Assembly: GCF_009914755.1 (NCBI RefSeq)
Contig: NC_060941.1
Strand: one strand, 5' to 3'
DNA: 64,000 nt
Source of the DNA: the human T2T-CHM13v2.0 reference genome, Homo sapiens
The first letter of the stretch is position 1; each line of letters opens with the position of its first letter. A model generated the notes under the pieces. That model was given only the letters and a program-made list of their open reading frames with translations. It was not told the origin of the DNA and did no database searches. This document shows, piece by piece, positions 25,851-44,000 of the stretch. Both the position numbers and the translations under genes were made by a program.

Positions 25851-26839
25851 GTCAGATGAGCCCCGGGGGCTGCAGGGGAGCCTTCTGGAGACTTTCTCAA
25901 CAAATCGGCTCTGTTACCACCGCAGTCAGAGGCCCACAGTGTACAGCAATGTTGTTTTTTCCTTTTTGCATTTTATTTTGGACAAAACCACAAGAAAATG
26001 TCATTTACACTCTGAAGAGTGTTTTGCCCAGGGCAGAATTGGATGTCAGGCCCAACCTGCTGAACGGTGACAGGTTGCTGTAGGAAATGAGGTACTTAGT
26101 TTGAATAGGTAATGGTCCCAACTATTCTATAGAAAACTCCGAACTTCAGACTTGAACTCCTTCAGGATGCGTTTCCCATCTCCCAGTCCCGGGTAATTGC
26201 TCCCTGCACTGTGTGCCCTTTGTGTTCTGTTCAAGTTTTTGGCTGACCTCCACCTGTTTCAGATGCAGGGACTGATAATCCGTCTCCTTTGTCAGAGTCC
26301 TAACCTCTCTGGAAGAAGGCATGGGGCTTACATACTCTTGTGTCCTCCATAGCATGCTGTAGAGTTGCTTGCCCATGGTAGATGTTTAATTAAGATGTGT
26401 TATTTTAAATCTGATTTTAAAGTCCCCTCCTTTACTGCATGGGTGAGGAATTTAAGAGGGAGGGAGGAAGGGAACAAAGAAGGAAGGGAAGGATAGAAGG
26501 AAAGAATGAAGAAAAGAAGGAAGGAAAGAAAAAAATTTCTTTTTTCTGATATTTTTTCTTCTTTTACTGAAGGCTCCCCTCTGGCTGGCACCGCACCTAT
26601 ATTGTTCATTGAGTCCTCAGGAAAGGGATAGTTTCACCCTATTTTCATAGATAAGAAAAATGAGGCTCAGAGAGACTAAATAACCTGCCCATATTTGTGA
26701 AACAAATTATTGCCCCGTCTGGGCCTAGACTCGTCTCTTTCTAGCGCATCCCACATCTTCCTGGGACTGAGACTGCAGTGAGGGCCCATGCTGCACTCGA
26801 TCTATCAGCCTTGGGATCTAGATCCTCCGAAACTTTGAC

Positions 26840-27272
26840 ACGTGATGTAGCTGCTCTCTTGGGAAGGCCACCAGGTACCCAGACACACACAGCATAAATG
26901 CCTTAGCCAAGGGAACACAGTGGAGACTCGCATCATGGGTAAATGAAACCCGTGGGGCAGAGGGAGGAAGCAGCTGCTCTCTGAGGCCTGTAGCTACAGG
27001 AAGGGCCGGTCCCTGGAGCTGTGGCCTTTCACAGACAATCCAGACACTGTCAGCCTGCTGCCTGGGGGAGAGAGCTGTGGGAATAAATACCTCCCCCTCA
27101 CTCTCTCCCCATCCTCTAGTCTCTTGCTTGTCACAGGACTATTACTGGTCCCAAATGGGAATGAGAGCCAGGGAGCTTGCTAGTGGGTGCCAAGGTCAGT
27201 CTCCTGGGGTGCAGAGCAGGATACAGACAAGTGGAAAATGGGTCTGGAAGGGGAAAGGAGACGCTATAGCAC
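26840..27272 (-). mobile_element. ERVL LTR (LTR16/LTR33-like)
   Basis: Ends gggtctggaaggggaaaggagacgctatagcac, resembling reversed ERVL LTR termini. Boundaries approximate. Confidence 0.5.
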
Positions 27273-28222
27273 CCTGGGGAAATGAGGAAGCTCTGTCCTG
27301 GGACTTGTGGATGGAGAGGGCCCAGGACTCAGGTGTCTAAGTGTTTGTGTTTCTGCAGCAACATTCACTTTCACAGGTGGCCCTCCCCTTGTGAGGTGAG
27401 TCAAGTCTCCCTCTCCCAGAGTTGCACAGGTAGAAGGGCAGATCAACCAGCTACTGAGTGAAATTGTTACCTCCTGCCTAGGAGGCCCTGCCTTCTCCCA
27501 GGACAGACCCCATTGGACCAAGAGCAGCAAATCTTCTCCAGAGCAAGGTGGGCCCTGGCTGGGCTGAGGTACCAGGAGATGGAGTGACTGTGTTTCTTAA
27601 GGCAGCAGCGGAGAGGGTAGCACTCCTCCCTGTACTGCCTGTACAGGCCTGTATTGAAAAAAAACAGTGTCTGTATTGCAGACACTTTTGTACTGTACTC
27701 TAATTGTTTGCTTATCTATTACCTGCTAGATGAGCAACTCCCTGGAGGCAAGCATTATGTCTTATTTGTAATCTGAGGAGGAAGCATAATGCCTGGCACA
27801 TAGGAGATGCCCAATTAATGTGGAATGAATAGATAAGTAAATGAATAAATTAAAGAATGAATGAAACAAGTAAATGAATGGTAAGAGGAGCTGCTGAGAA
27901 ATCAAATCATGCATTCATTCAATGCCACAGTCATGTAAAATCCAGGGCTGAGGCCAGACCGTGTTGGGGGCAATGCCGCATTCTCATAAAATGATTTTGT
28001 CTCCATTCTAGTCACACAGGAAGACTACATTTCCAGTTTCTTTTGGATTTAGAGTGGGCCATGTGATAGGATCCTGGCCAATAAGATGTGGCCATAAATG
28101 ACAGATGACACTTCCCAGTCTGGCCATTAGACCTCATGAGTCATTGTCCACAAACTCGCTGGTTTTTCCTTTTGTGTCACTAGAAGCAAAGGACTCTCTT
28201 CTTCAAAATTGATGGTGGTGTC

Positions 28223-29348
28223 TGTGATGGTTAATTTTAGGGTCCACTTGACTGAATTAAGATATACATAGAGAACTGGTAAAGCATTACTTTTGGGTGT
28301 GTCTGCATGGGTGTTTTCAGAGAAGAATGTTGTGTGAATTGATGGACTGAGTGGGGAAGATTAGCCCTCAAGGTGGATAGGCCCACAGCCAATTGGATGG
28401 TGCTTGCTAACACTGAGGGCTAATCTTCCCTACTCAGTCCATCTCTCTCTGTCTCTCTTACCCTATCTCCCTTTCTCTCCCTCTTTCTCTCCCCCTCTCC
28501 TCCTCTCTCCTTCCCCTTCTCCCGTCCCCCTCCTCTTCTCCCCCCTCTCCCTCATCCCCCCTCTCCCTCTCCCCACTCTCCCCCTCTCCTCCTCTCCCCC
28601 CTCCCTCTCCCCCTCTCCCCCTCCCTCTCCCCCTCTCCCCCTCCCTCTCCCCCTCTCCCCCTCCCTCTCCCCCTCTCCCCCTCCCTCTCCCCCTCTCCCC
28701 CTTCCCTCTCCCCCTCCCTCTCCCCCTCCTTCTCCCCCTCCCTCTCCCCTCTCCCCCCTCCCCCTTTCCCCCTCCCCTGTCTCCCCCCTCCCCCTTTCCC
28801 CCTCCCCTGTCTCCCCCCTCCCCCTTTCCCCCTCCCCTGTCTCCTCCCTCCCCTCCCTCTCCCCATCTGCCCCTCCCTCTCCCCATCTCCCCCTCCCTCT
28901 CCCCTCCCTGTCCCCGCTCCCTCTCTGCCCCCTCTCCCTCCCCCTCCCTCCCCTCCCTCTCACCCACACCCTCTCCCCCTCCCCCACCCTCTCGCCCCTC
29001 CCCCTCTCCCTTCCCCCCTCCCTCTCCCCACCTCTCCCTCTCTCCCTCTCTCCCTCCCTCTACCCCCTCTCCCTCCCCCCTCCCTTGCCCCCTCTCCCTC
29101 CCCCTCTCCCTCCCCCTCCCTCACCCCCCTCTGCCCCTCTCTCTCCCCTCTCTGCCCCCCTCCCCCTCTCTCCCCCCTCTGTCCCCCTCTCTCTCCCCCT
29201 CTCTCTCCTTCTCTCTCCCCCACCCTTTCCCTCTCCCCCTCTCTCTTTCCCTCTCCCCCTCTCTTTCCTTCTCCCTCTCTCTCTTTCCCTCCCCACCACC
29301 CTCCTTATCCTATTGGTTCTGTCCCTCTGGAGAATCCTGACTTACACA
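28223..29348 (+). mobile_element. MLT2 (ERVL) LTR, internally rearranged, inserted in an MLT1 LTR (~27965-28222 and 29349-29525)
   Basis: tgtgatggttaatttt...atcctattggttctgtccctctggagaatcctgacttacaca. TSD gtgtc/gtggc. Confidence 0.85.
28443..29306. repeat. ~860 bp C/T low-complexity VNTR-like tract
   Basis: Almost purely pyrimidine on +. Units such as ccctctccc, plus a 30-mer repeated about three times near 28750-28845. Confidence 0.97.
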
Positions 29349-31828
29349 GTGGCTGTGTTTAATACAGCAGTATCCTAAGTGGGAAAAAGAACTTGGATCC
29401 CTGAGTCACCCCCTGCTTGGAGGACAGCTACCGAAGAGAGTTGACATTGATATTGGACTGTAATGTAAGAGAAATAGAAATCTTTATTATGTTAAACTTT
29501 TGGGGTTGTTATAGCAGTTAGCTTTAATTAACTTCATTCATTAATATACTCTTCTCTTCCTAGTCTTTAGCTGGACACTGCCTAATTGAGGCTACCTCAA
29601 ACGTGTGCTTGATGTGCTAAGCCTTTAAATGGAAATATTCAGGGGAAACGTTTCTAGGATGTGGGAGAAAATACCACCTCTATTTTGGCATTTTACTCTT
29701 AGATAAAAATGACACTTATCTGATCATCACTCTGTGGCTAATGCTATGCTAGGCACTTAAACAATATGCCAGGCATGTTCACACATGTTAACTCAGTGAA
29801 TCCTCTCAAACAATCGTGAGAGATTATTTATTATTCATTATCTCTGCTTTGCATAAGAAGAAACTGTGGCTCAAAAAAAATTAAATAACTTTCAATCATT
29901 GCACAGCTGGGGAGCCATCAAGTTACTAATAATCCAGAAGGAAGAAGGGACCTTCAGATGAAACAATACAAGAAAGACTTTCAAAAAGGCACGTGAAGAA
30001 CAAGACATCTGTAATGCAGAAGGTACCAGAGTAAATGAGCTGTCAGAATTCAGAAAGCTTCACCAAGTATTGTGTAAAACACGTACGTGTGTTCTCAGTG
30101 AAAAAAGAAAAAGAGAATAGAAAGCAACGCCCTACCCATTTATGTGAGAAAACTGAGGGTCATAGAGGGAAAGTGCCTCATCCATGCCGCCTGGCTAGTA
30201 AGACAAAACCCTGGGACTGGAACCCATGTTTAAACCCCACTCTTTTTTTCTTCTATTGGTAATCAGACTTCTCCTAGAAAGTGGCCATTCTCTAATCACA
30301 GCTTCCAGAACTGTTCCTACTCAATTTAAAAGTAACCCACCGTGTAGCCACATTTCAACACCAGGGGAACCAAGCTTGGGTGATGGGCCAGTACCTCTGG
30401 TGGGTGGGAGCAGCTGGCACATAAAAAGATTCCAGCTTTGGCAAATTTCTTCACCCAAATCAAAGTCTTACCTTTACTTTGCTTCTGCTAATATATATGT
30501 ACTTTTCGTTATGAATCTAAAAACTATCAATATCAACCTTGACTTTAACTCTATTATTTTCAAAAGTCGTCAATTTTATAGAATGTGCTCAAGGAGAGCC
30601 CAACTACCTCTGTCTTTGATCTCAAATGTGGGCCGAAGTGTGGGGGTTTCTTGAGGTTGTAGAGTAGTTACTTCCTGAGGTTTCTGGCACCTAGGGTCAC
30701 CAAATTTCTCATCTCTTTTTATTAAATTATGCTCTCCTACTAAGCTTTCCTTGGTGTCATCAATTCTTCCCAACTCTGGCTTTTCTGGGAAGCCCGGGTT
30801 GTATGCCACTTGAGTGAGGGTTAAGCAGTCTGAATTCCTGGAATTGGGCCACTTGTACCACTTCCTCTTGTCAGTGTCCAGTCTCCTCTTGAAAATATTT
30901 ATTATCCATTTTTCATTCTCTGCTTCCCTTGGGTGTTTGACAGATCCGTAGTTATTTCCAGATTTGAAGACTGCAGGAAGGAGTCTGGGTTCTCTCTGAT
31001 GCTGGGTTTCTCTCTATAATTGGTTTGCGTTTTTATCATGCAAACTTCCCTTCTGAATAATTCTGTAACAAGGGTCTAGAAGATGGCCTCAATGGTTTGA
31101 CAGTTGTTTTAATTCACTGGAAATGAAACAATTGCTCTAAGCCACACTGACTACTTGTCTACCTCTGAATCGGGGAAAAAAATCGGAAGCCGCATGGCCA
31201 AGCTGCATGCTATTAGTTAAACTCTGGCAGGCAGGTAACTCCATTGCATGCTGCTGGTGGAAGGGTGAGCTCACTTCTCTTTGCCCAAAGGATGGTAAAT
31301 AGCTGAGGTGAAAGTGTTGCTGGATGTCTAAGTAGTGATCTCCCTAGTCCCAGAGTAACCCAGGTATGAGGAAGGATTCTGAAGTTTCAGGGACAGAGGA
31401 ATAGTATAGTAAGGTGTAGTGTTGAACAATCTGAGACACAAGGGCTTGAATCCTGGTTCTGCCACTTTACTAAGATTAGGCTATTGAGCAAGTCCCTTCA
31501 ACGCTCTGAACCTTTGTTAGGCTCACTGTGCTTAGGGACAACAAGTTTTTTTTTAAATTACAGAATACTATTAAAGGATCAGATAAAATAATGCTGGTAA
31601 AGTGCTTAGCATAATGTCTGGCACATGGAAGGTATTCAGTGACTAGCAGGCATTGCTCTTCGCTGTATTTTCCCACCAACCAAGTGATGCAACAAAGTTC
31701 AGTTTAAGCAAGGCTGTGTGGGGGGCATGGGCCAGAGGCTGTTTGCAGATTCTATGCCTCCCTGTAATTTCCTCCCCTGTCGAGCAGGTGCTTTCCTCCC
31801 TAGCATTGCCTATCCTGGGCTTTGGTTA

Positions 31829-32155
<327 letters not shown>

Positions 32156-32660
32156 AAAATTGAGGTGACATTCACATAGCGTAAGGTTAACCATTTAGAA
32201 GTGAACAATTCAGTGGTATTTAGTACCTTAACAATGTTGTACTACTGCTATCTCTATCTACTTCCAAAACATTTTCATTACCCCAATAGAAAACCACATA
32301 CCAATTGAGCAGTTGCTCCCTCTTCCCCTCTCTTTCCAACCCCCTGTGACCACCAATCTATCTCTACGGATCTACCTGTTATGGATATTTCACAGAAATG
32401 AAAGCATGCAGCATGTGGTCTTTCAGGTCTAGCTGCTTTCACGTAGCATAATGTGCTCAGGTTCATCCGTATTGTGGTGTGTATCAGTACTTCATTCTTT
32501 TTTATGGATGAATAATAGTCATTGTAGCATATTTTGCTTATTCATTCATCCATCCATGGGTGTTTGGGCTGTTTCCACCTCTTGGCTATTGTGAGTTGTG
32601 CTGCTGTAAACATGCTTGATGTGTACTTGTTTGCATACCTGTTTTCAGTTCCTTGGGGTG
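32156..32660 (-). mobile_element. Old L1MB/MC 3' end
   Basis: ttgaggtgacattcacata...ttccaaaacattttcattacccc...gctgtttccacctcttggctattgtga. Confidence 0.8.
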
Positions 32661-35149
32661 TATTCTGGCTACTTATTTTAATTAATCTCTGCTGTGTTTT
32701 TTGCCACCACATTTTCTGAGAGGCACCATGACAGCATGATGAGGCATGAGGACTCTGATACCTGGCTCTCTTCTTTGCTACTTACTGGTTGAACCATATT
32801 GGTCAAGGGGCTTGGCCTCTCCATACCTCTGTGTTCCCCTCTGTAAAATGGCGTTCATAATGACAGCCCCTATAGGAGGATTGTAATGATCAGATGAATT
32901 GATACCTGTAAAGCACATAGTCTGTGTGTAATGAACGTTAGCAATCACTGCTATCCTCTCTTTTCAGTACTTATTTTCTGCAGTCTCCTTTTGGACCCCC
33001 GTTTGTATTAGGATCTTTCATCTTTCAAATATCCAGAGCAGCTCTTTCATCAGCTGGTGACTGAAATTTCTTCCTGGGCAAGGTGGTTGAGCCACTGTGT
33101 TGTCCCTTTAACATGGGGAGTCCTGGGAACCTGGGGAGTCAGCTCCTCGGGAACAGAAAGAAGACACCCACCAAGTTTAGAGGAGTGGGACTTTGAGCTT
33201 ATTCCAACCTGACCAGTAGGGATCTAAAGCTGCCTTCTTCCTCCCCTCCACAGGTTCTCTGGATCTATGTCTCAGATATTTTCCCAGATCCCATATGGCT
33301 ATGCCATATTCTTTCTCATGGCTTGCAATGGCTTCCTATTGTTTGTTATATTAACAAAACCTCTCTGAAACCCCATGAAGTAGGTAGCTCTCTCCCCATT
33401 TCATTTTTGTGTATTTTCTTGCAAAGGGGGCAAGGGAGATTCTTCTACTTTCTATGGATGAGGAATATTCAACTGAGAGGTATAACATAATTGTCAAACA
33501 TCGTCAGTGTGTGAATTGCAGAGCCCGGACTAGAAGACACGGGCAGACCCAGGAGCACCTGCTACTTCTGGTTTGCACGCTGCCTTCCTTCTCTGACCCC
33601 CTGTATCAAGCCCAGCTGAGTTTTCCTTAGTCTACTTTCAACTGATCTGCACTAAGCCAGTGAATTCTCTTCATGCCCAGAACACCTGCCAGGCTCATTC
33701 TAGCTTCAGATCTTAGCCCCAGCTGTTCTGTTTGTCTGGATTACCATCCTGCCTCCCACCAATTCCAATCCTGCCACCTGGCAGGCATAATTCAAATCCC
33801 TCTTTCTTCACTAAAGCTTCCTACTGAGCTTTTCAATCAAGACCTTGTTCTTCATTTCTGAATTTCCTATCATTTTTCAAGTTGGTGCTCTTTGGCCTTC
33901 AGCTAGCACAAGCAGTGTCTTTGTGTGAATTAGAAGAAGGCATTCATTGACCCTAGGCTGATGAATTGTAAAAGGATGTCCTTAGTCGTCTTCTCAGCTG
34001 GGCACTTTTGGGCAGTGTGCTGACTGGACAACCATACTTAGCCAACTTGGCTATCTGACAGTTTCAAAATAATTGCTTTCTGAGTGTTAAATGTTACTAA
34101 GTCACATAGATTGCAAGAGTTCCACACTCATTTGTTGTGTCCTCCCAATTAGATTTTAAGCTTCTTGAGGGCAATGACCATTACTTGTCCTTCAGTTTTC
34201 CCCACTGTGCCTGGTCCAAAGCCAAGTGCTAAGTCTCTAGTGTCCAGCAAATGAAGTGACTTAGAGGAAGTGTGTCAGCCTTGGCTCTGAAGGGACTCAG
34301 CAAAACTCTTGCAGGAAAGAGCTGACTGACACCCACAGATGATCTTAGCCACACTGACTGCTTCACTATTTTGGGGGCACACCCACCAACGGCTGTTCCT
34401 TCATTTTGAGCTTTATCAGCTGAAATGGCATTCATTAGGGAAGGCTTCTTTCTCAGAAGCCTCTGTTAGAATCAATTTCTTCCTCCTATAATTTCCAAGG
34501 TGGCCTTTCTCTTCTAACCCACAATTCTCAGCTCCCAAAAGTATTTCTTAAGATGCAGCTCAAATTTTTACCTTTAAAATCTCTATCAGGGAGGTATATC
34601 CCAAAATCCACTGGGGCCACATCTCCCCTTCTACACTAAGTTCTTTTGTGGACAAGGCTTGTGCCTGGCACATAGTAGGCCTTCACTCAATGGCTGTTGA
34701 ATCTCTGTCCACCAGGTTCCCTGGCTGTGTACATTTTCCAGCAATGCATCTTCATTCACTGCAGCAAAAGTATTTGCATCCCTTCTATTAGCACTATTTG
34801 ACATTTGTTTAACACTTTCCCCAAGCTTTTTCTCATCTCTTTTCTGGTTTTGTTTTCACAACCTGTTAGGTTATGAGAAAAGAAATTATATCCATTTCTC
34901 TCATGAGGCACCTTAACTCCAGGAAGCAGAAGCATCTTATCTCATTGTCTGGTGACAGGGGTGAGGCTGCCACTCACTCAGGTGACCACTCCGGCACAGT
35001 GACAGTTTGGCTCTTGTTTCCTCCTCTTAACTCTTGTCTGAAGTTAACCATTCAATATCCTTAAAATTCCCAGAGTCTGACCCCGGAAGTAAAGAGGCCA
35101 ACTTGGGTGGGAGGGGTGAGTATCCTCATCAACTCTAGAAATCCTACTA

Positions 35150-35373
35150 CAGGTTGAGTATCCCAGATCCAAAAATCTGAAATCCAAGATGCTCTAAAAT
35201 CCAAAACTTTTTTGAGTGTTGACATGGTGCTCAAAGGAAAGGCTCATTGGAGCATTTTGAATTTTGGATTTTCAGATTTGGGATGCTCAAAAGTAGTATT
35301 TATTCTGCAACTATTTCAAAACCTGAAAAAATCAGAAACACTTCGGCATTTCAGATAAGGGATAATCAACCTG
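35150..35373. mobile_element. Tigger4a/MER46-like MITE
   Basis: TA|caggttgagtatccc...gggataatcaacctg|TA. Confidence 0.85.
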
Positions 35374-35725
35374 TAGTACATCTCACTGAATTCATGTGTC
35401 AGAACCTAGCATCCTGGGCCCGTAAAGGAATTGTTCTTTTCTTTCATCCACTCTCCGTCCTACCATTCTATCTGAGCATCTGTTCCAGGGCCAGGTAACC
35501 TATATGTATTTGGAACTGTTAGGCAAATATCTTTTTTTCCCTTGGAAACTATTTTCTAGAGGAAAGCAAATGTCTCGATATATTTGCAGATAGAAGAATA
35601 GAATCACCTGTGACTTAAAAAAAAAACATTAAAAAATCTATTGATGGCATGGACTCAAAAGTCAGAGACTGATTTAATTGGTCTGGGGTTGGGAGCCATT
35701 GGCAGAGTTCCTATGCCTTGGGTCC

Positions 35726-36392
<667 letters not shown>

Positions 36393-38458
36393 AGATCCAG
36401 TATAAAGAATAAGACTAGATGACTGCAGTCCCAAAGAGAAGCACTGTTCCATTCCGGCATCAGCTAAGACATGTTCACCCAAGGCTTCTCTAGCATCAGC
36501 TTTTGCTGTAACTTTCTGTTTCCAGTACACACCAGCTATATGATCCTGAGTGTGTATGGATGTCTTTGATAACTTCCTTATCTATAAAATAAGGTCAAGA
36601 ACTACTTGGCAGAACTGCTAGGAGCACCAAATAAAATAAAGAATGTATGTAAAATAATATGTAAAATAAGCCAGCACTCTGCCTGATACATATTTGATAC
36701 ATAGGTCAACAACTCTGAATTGAAAAGAATCAAATACTATCCTCCATCCCATAGGAAAATTCTATGTAGCAATTTTTTTTTGAATATCTCCTATTCTGCA
36801 AAGTATTATATGATTTCTTTCTATTCCTCTTTCTGTGCATAGAAGGGAGAGATACAAAGATGAAAGAAGAGATCATCTCTGTCTTCAGGGAACTTCTAAT
36901 TGGCATGTGCAGACAGGAAAATATAGAACCACATGAAGTTCTTTGTATATTACATACACATATTTCAAACATAGAACCGAGTGAAGTAAATGTTAATTAG
37001 AGATATAATCAATATGCTGTGTGAGCTCAGAGGATGGAAGAAATCATTTCCCCTGAGGAGATGAAAACAGCATTTTAAGCTGAGTGATGACATGGACTAT
37101 GGTTAGGAGGCTGGAAAGTGTGAGCGGGTGTCTGAATGTCAGCAAAGGGTCTAGGGTAGCTGGCCCCCCAACGTTCATCAGGAGGGCTGAGACATGAATT
37201 TTTGGACCTCTGCTGAGAATCCATTAAGAAAGGCTTTGCAAAAGAATTTGATCCTTTAACCTTGAAACAACTGGGAACCATTGAAAGCTTGAGTGTTGGG
37301 AGATATGCTCTGGTTGGAAGTTTTCGTTCATTCATCCTAGTGATGAGATGGGAGTGGGCTGGCAAAGTCCAGGTCAGAATATGACTCTCTAACCCTTCCT
37401 CCCTACCTGGGCCATGGCTAAGACCTCAGATACCCTGTGAAGAGCAGCTCAGGCAATTCTCCTGAGTCCTGATTCCTATGTCCATTCCAGGTCTGGCATC
37501 CAGGTGCTGCCCTCTTGTATTGTGCCTGAAATCTGTTTCTCTACCAAATCAATTTGGAATGCTGCCCTGCTGGATTTTCTGTGTAGCTTTTGGTCTCCTC
37601 TCTGGAAAGTGTCTCAGATTGTTTTCTACCTACTCCTCAGCCCAGCCTAAATTTCCTTCAACATTTATTCAGGATGAACTCAGCTTCCCTTTATATGAGA
37701 ACAGTGTTTGGGTATTTTTACACTCTTGACCCACGGTCTCTCACTTTTCTGGAGACTGGAGGCAGAAGGACCTTCTGGGTAGATATTGTTGTAGTCCAGG
37801 CCAAAGAGGATGACGGCTGGGACTAGGCCTTGTCACAGGGCTGAAGGGTTGGGGGAGGGAATGTGGCATGGAAGAGACACTTTGGAGTTAGAACTGTTGG
37901 GGCCACAGCTGGCTTATAACTTTTCGTGATGGACCCAGCTTGTTTCTGAACTTCTGGTATCCTGACTCACAGTTTGTTTTCATTGTTTGTAATAGTTTGA
38001 GGTCTTGGAAACTTTGCAATCTGAGTTATTAGAAGTGATGACTTGGAGTGGATTTTAGAAGGCTGGTGCCGAGCCAGTATTTCAAATAGCAATGTTTTGA
38101 GAGAGAGATTTGTTATTCAAACTCTGGACCTGTTAATTGAAGGAGAAAATTGGGATGGGAAACATTCTGAGACCATCGAAAATAGTTAACATGCATAGGA
38201 ATCTGGACCTGATTCTGAAAAGGGAATGGCCATTAGATAACTCTGGTCTCTGGGCTCCGATGGATGCCCGTCAGAGGCGAACCCTCCACTGAGAAGGTCC
38301 TTTAGGTAGAGGTGTGATCCCCAAAGTTTGCTGCATGTTGGAATCATCTGCAGATCTTTATAATACACTGAAGCCTGGCTGCTGCTCCCAGACATCCTGA
38401 TTTAAGTGATATGCAGTACAACTTGGGCACTGGGATTTTTCAAACTTTCTAGGAAATT

Positions 38459-42810
<4,352 letters not shown>

Positions 42811-42884
42811 AAGAGGTTCTAATATGTAGTAAAGTTTGGGAACCTCTAGAGTAGGAAGTAGTAGGGATGAATATTTGATTTACG

Positions 42885-43055
42885 GTGATTCTCACGTTGA
42901 GTGTGCATCAGAATCATCTAGGGGGCTTGTTAAAACAGATGGCTGGGGCTCACCCTCTGAGTGTCAATCGGTCTGCAGTGGGATCTAAAAATGTGCATAT
43001 CTAACCAGCTCCTAAGTGATGCTGTTGGCTGGGGCCATGCTTTGAGAACCACTGG
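42885..43055. mobile_element. MER5A
   Basis: gtgattctcacgttgagtgtgcatcagaatcatct...ctttgagaaccactg. Confidence 0.8.
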
Positions 43056-43747
43056 CTTAGAAGAGTTGAGTCTGGCATTTCCACCTATGAGCTATGTGAT
43101 CCTGAGGCTATCACCTGGTCTATAAGAAGTCAATTTCTGCATTTACAACCCAGGGACAGCAGTGGTGATTACTTTGTGGGTCACTGTGTGGGTAAAATGA
43201 GATGATATTTGTAAACTGCTTGGCACAGCGCCTGGACCACAGAAAATATGCAACCTATGGCAGACCTTATCAATAATAGTATGTTTTTTTCATCTGGAGT
43301 CTTGGCAGATCTTTCCTTATGTTCAGTTGTGCCAGTTGGTGAATAATATTACAGTAAGTTTCTGCTCCTAGGGGTCCTACTTTTAGGATTTCTGGAACAG
43401 GAAAATTGAGATACTCTTATGAACTGCAGGTGTTCTGGATTCCAGCAGGACGGGTCCACCCTGGGGGTATGGGCATATGCTAATTGACCCTTGTCAATCA
43501 TCTTCTTTGGCCTGATGTGTGTGTTATGGGCTGTGGTCAAGGACTGCTTTCCTGTCCAGATTCCATGTGATTCTCTCACTGTCTTGTACCACATTCCAGA
43601 CACATTTAGTGCAGTGAGTTGTGGTTGTCCTGATGTCACCATGGAAACTTAACTGCTACAGAGGGAGATTGGAACAAGGCTCTAAATGGTCTGGGAAACC
43701 ATAAAATGTGTCCCCAAGAAGGGGCTAGGGCTGTGGATTTCCACATG

Positions 43748-44000
43748 ATTTTTTTTTTTTTGAGACAGAGTCTTAGTCTGTCACTCAGGCTGGAGTGCAG
43801 TGGAGTGATGGATCTTGGCTCACGGCAACCTCCACCTTCTGGGTTCAAGTGATTCTCCTGCCACAGCCTCCCGAGTAATTGGGATTACAGGCATGTGCCA
43901 CCATGCCCGGCTAATTTTTGTATTTTTAGTGGAGACACGGTTTCACCATACTGACCAGGCTGTTCTCAAACTTCTGACCTCAGGTGATCCACTCACCTCA
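43748..44000 (-). mobile_element. 5'-truncated AluS
   Basis: T-tract + gagacagagtctt...gacctcaggtgatccactcacctca. Confidence 0.9.

Larger units (their letters stand above)
25206..27969. repeat. Inverted repeat, arms ~25206-25506 and ~27670-27969
   Basis: Manual alignment: 25341-25506 versus the reverse complement of 27670-27835 is 162/166 identical. The outer ~135 bp is roughly 80% identical. Confidence 0.95.

Noticed and set aside
28404-29378. 324-aa Pro/Ser/Leu ORF and Gly/Glu/Arg-rich antisense ORFs
   Set aside because: Artefacts of the C/T tract, which lacks stop codons. No gene context.
31000-31270. Unique-looking stretches that might be conserved non-coding elements (also ~21480-21680 and ~53760-53875)
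   Set aside because: Cannot be supported without alignments; motif content alone is not distinctive.
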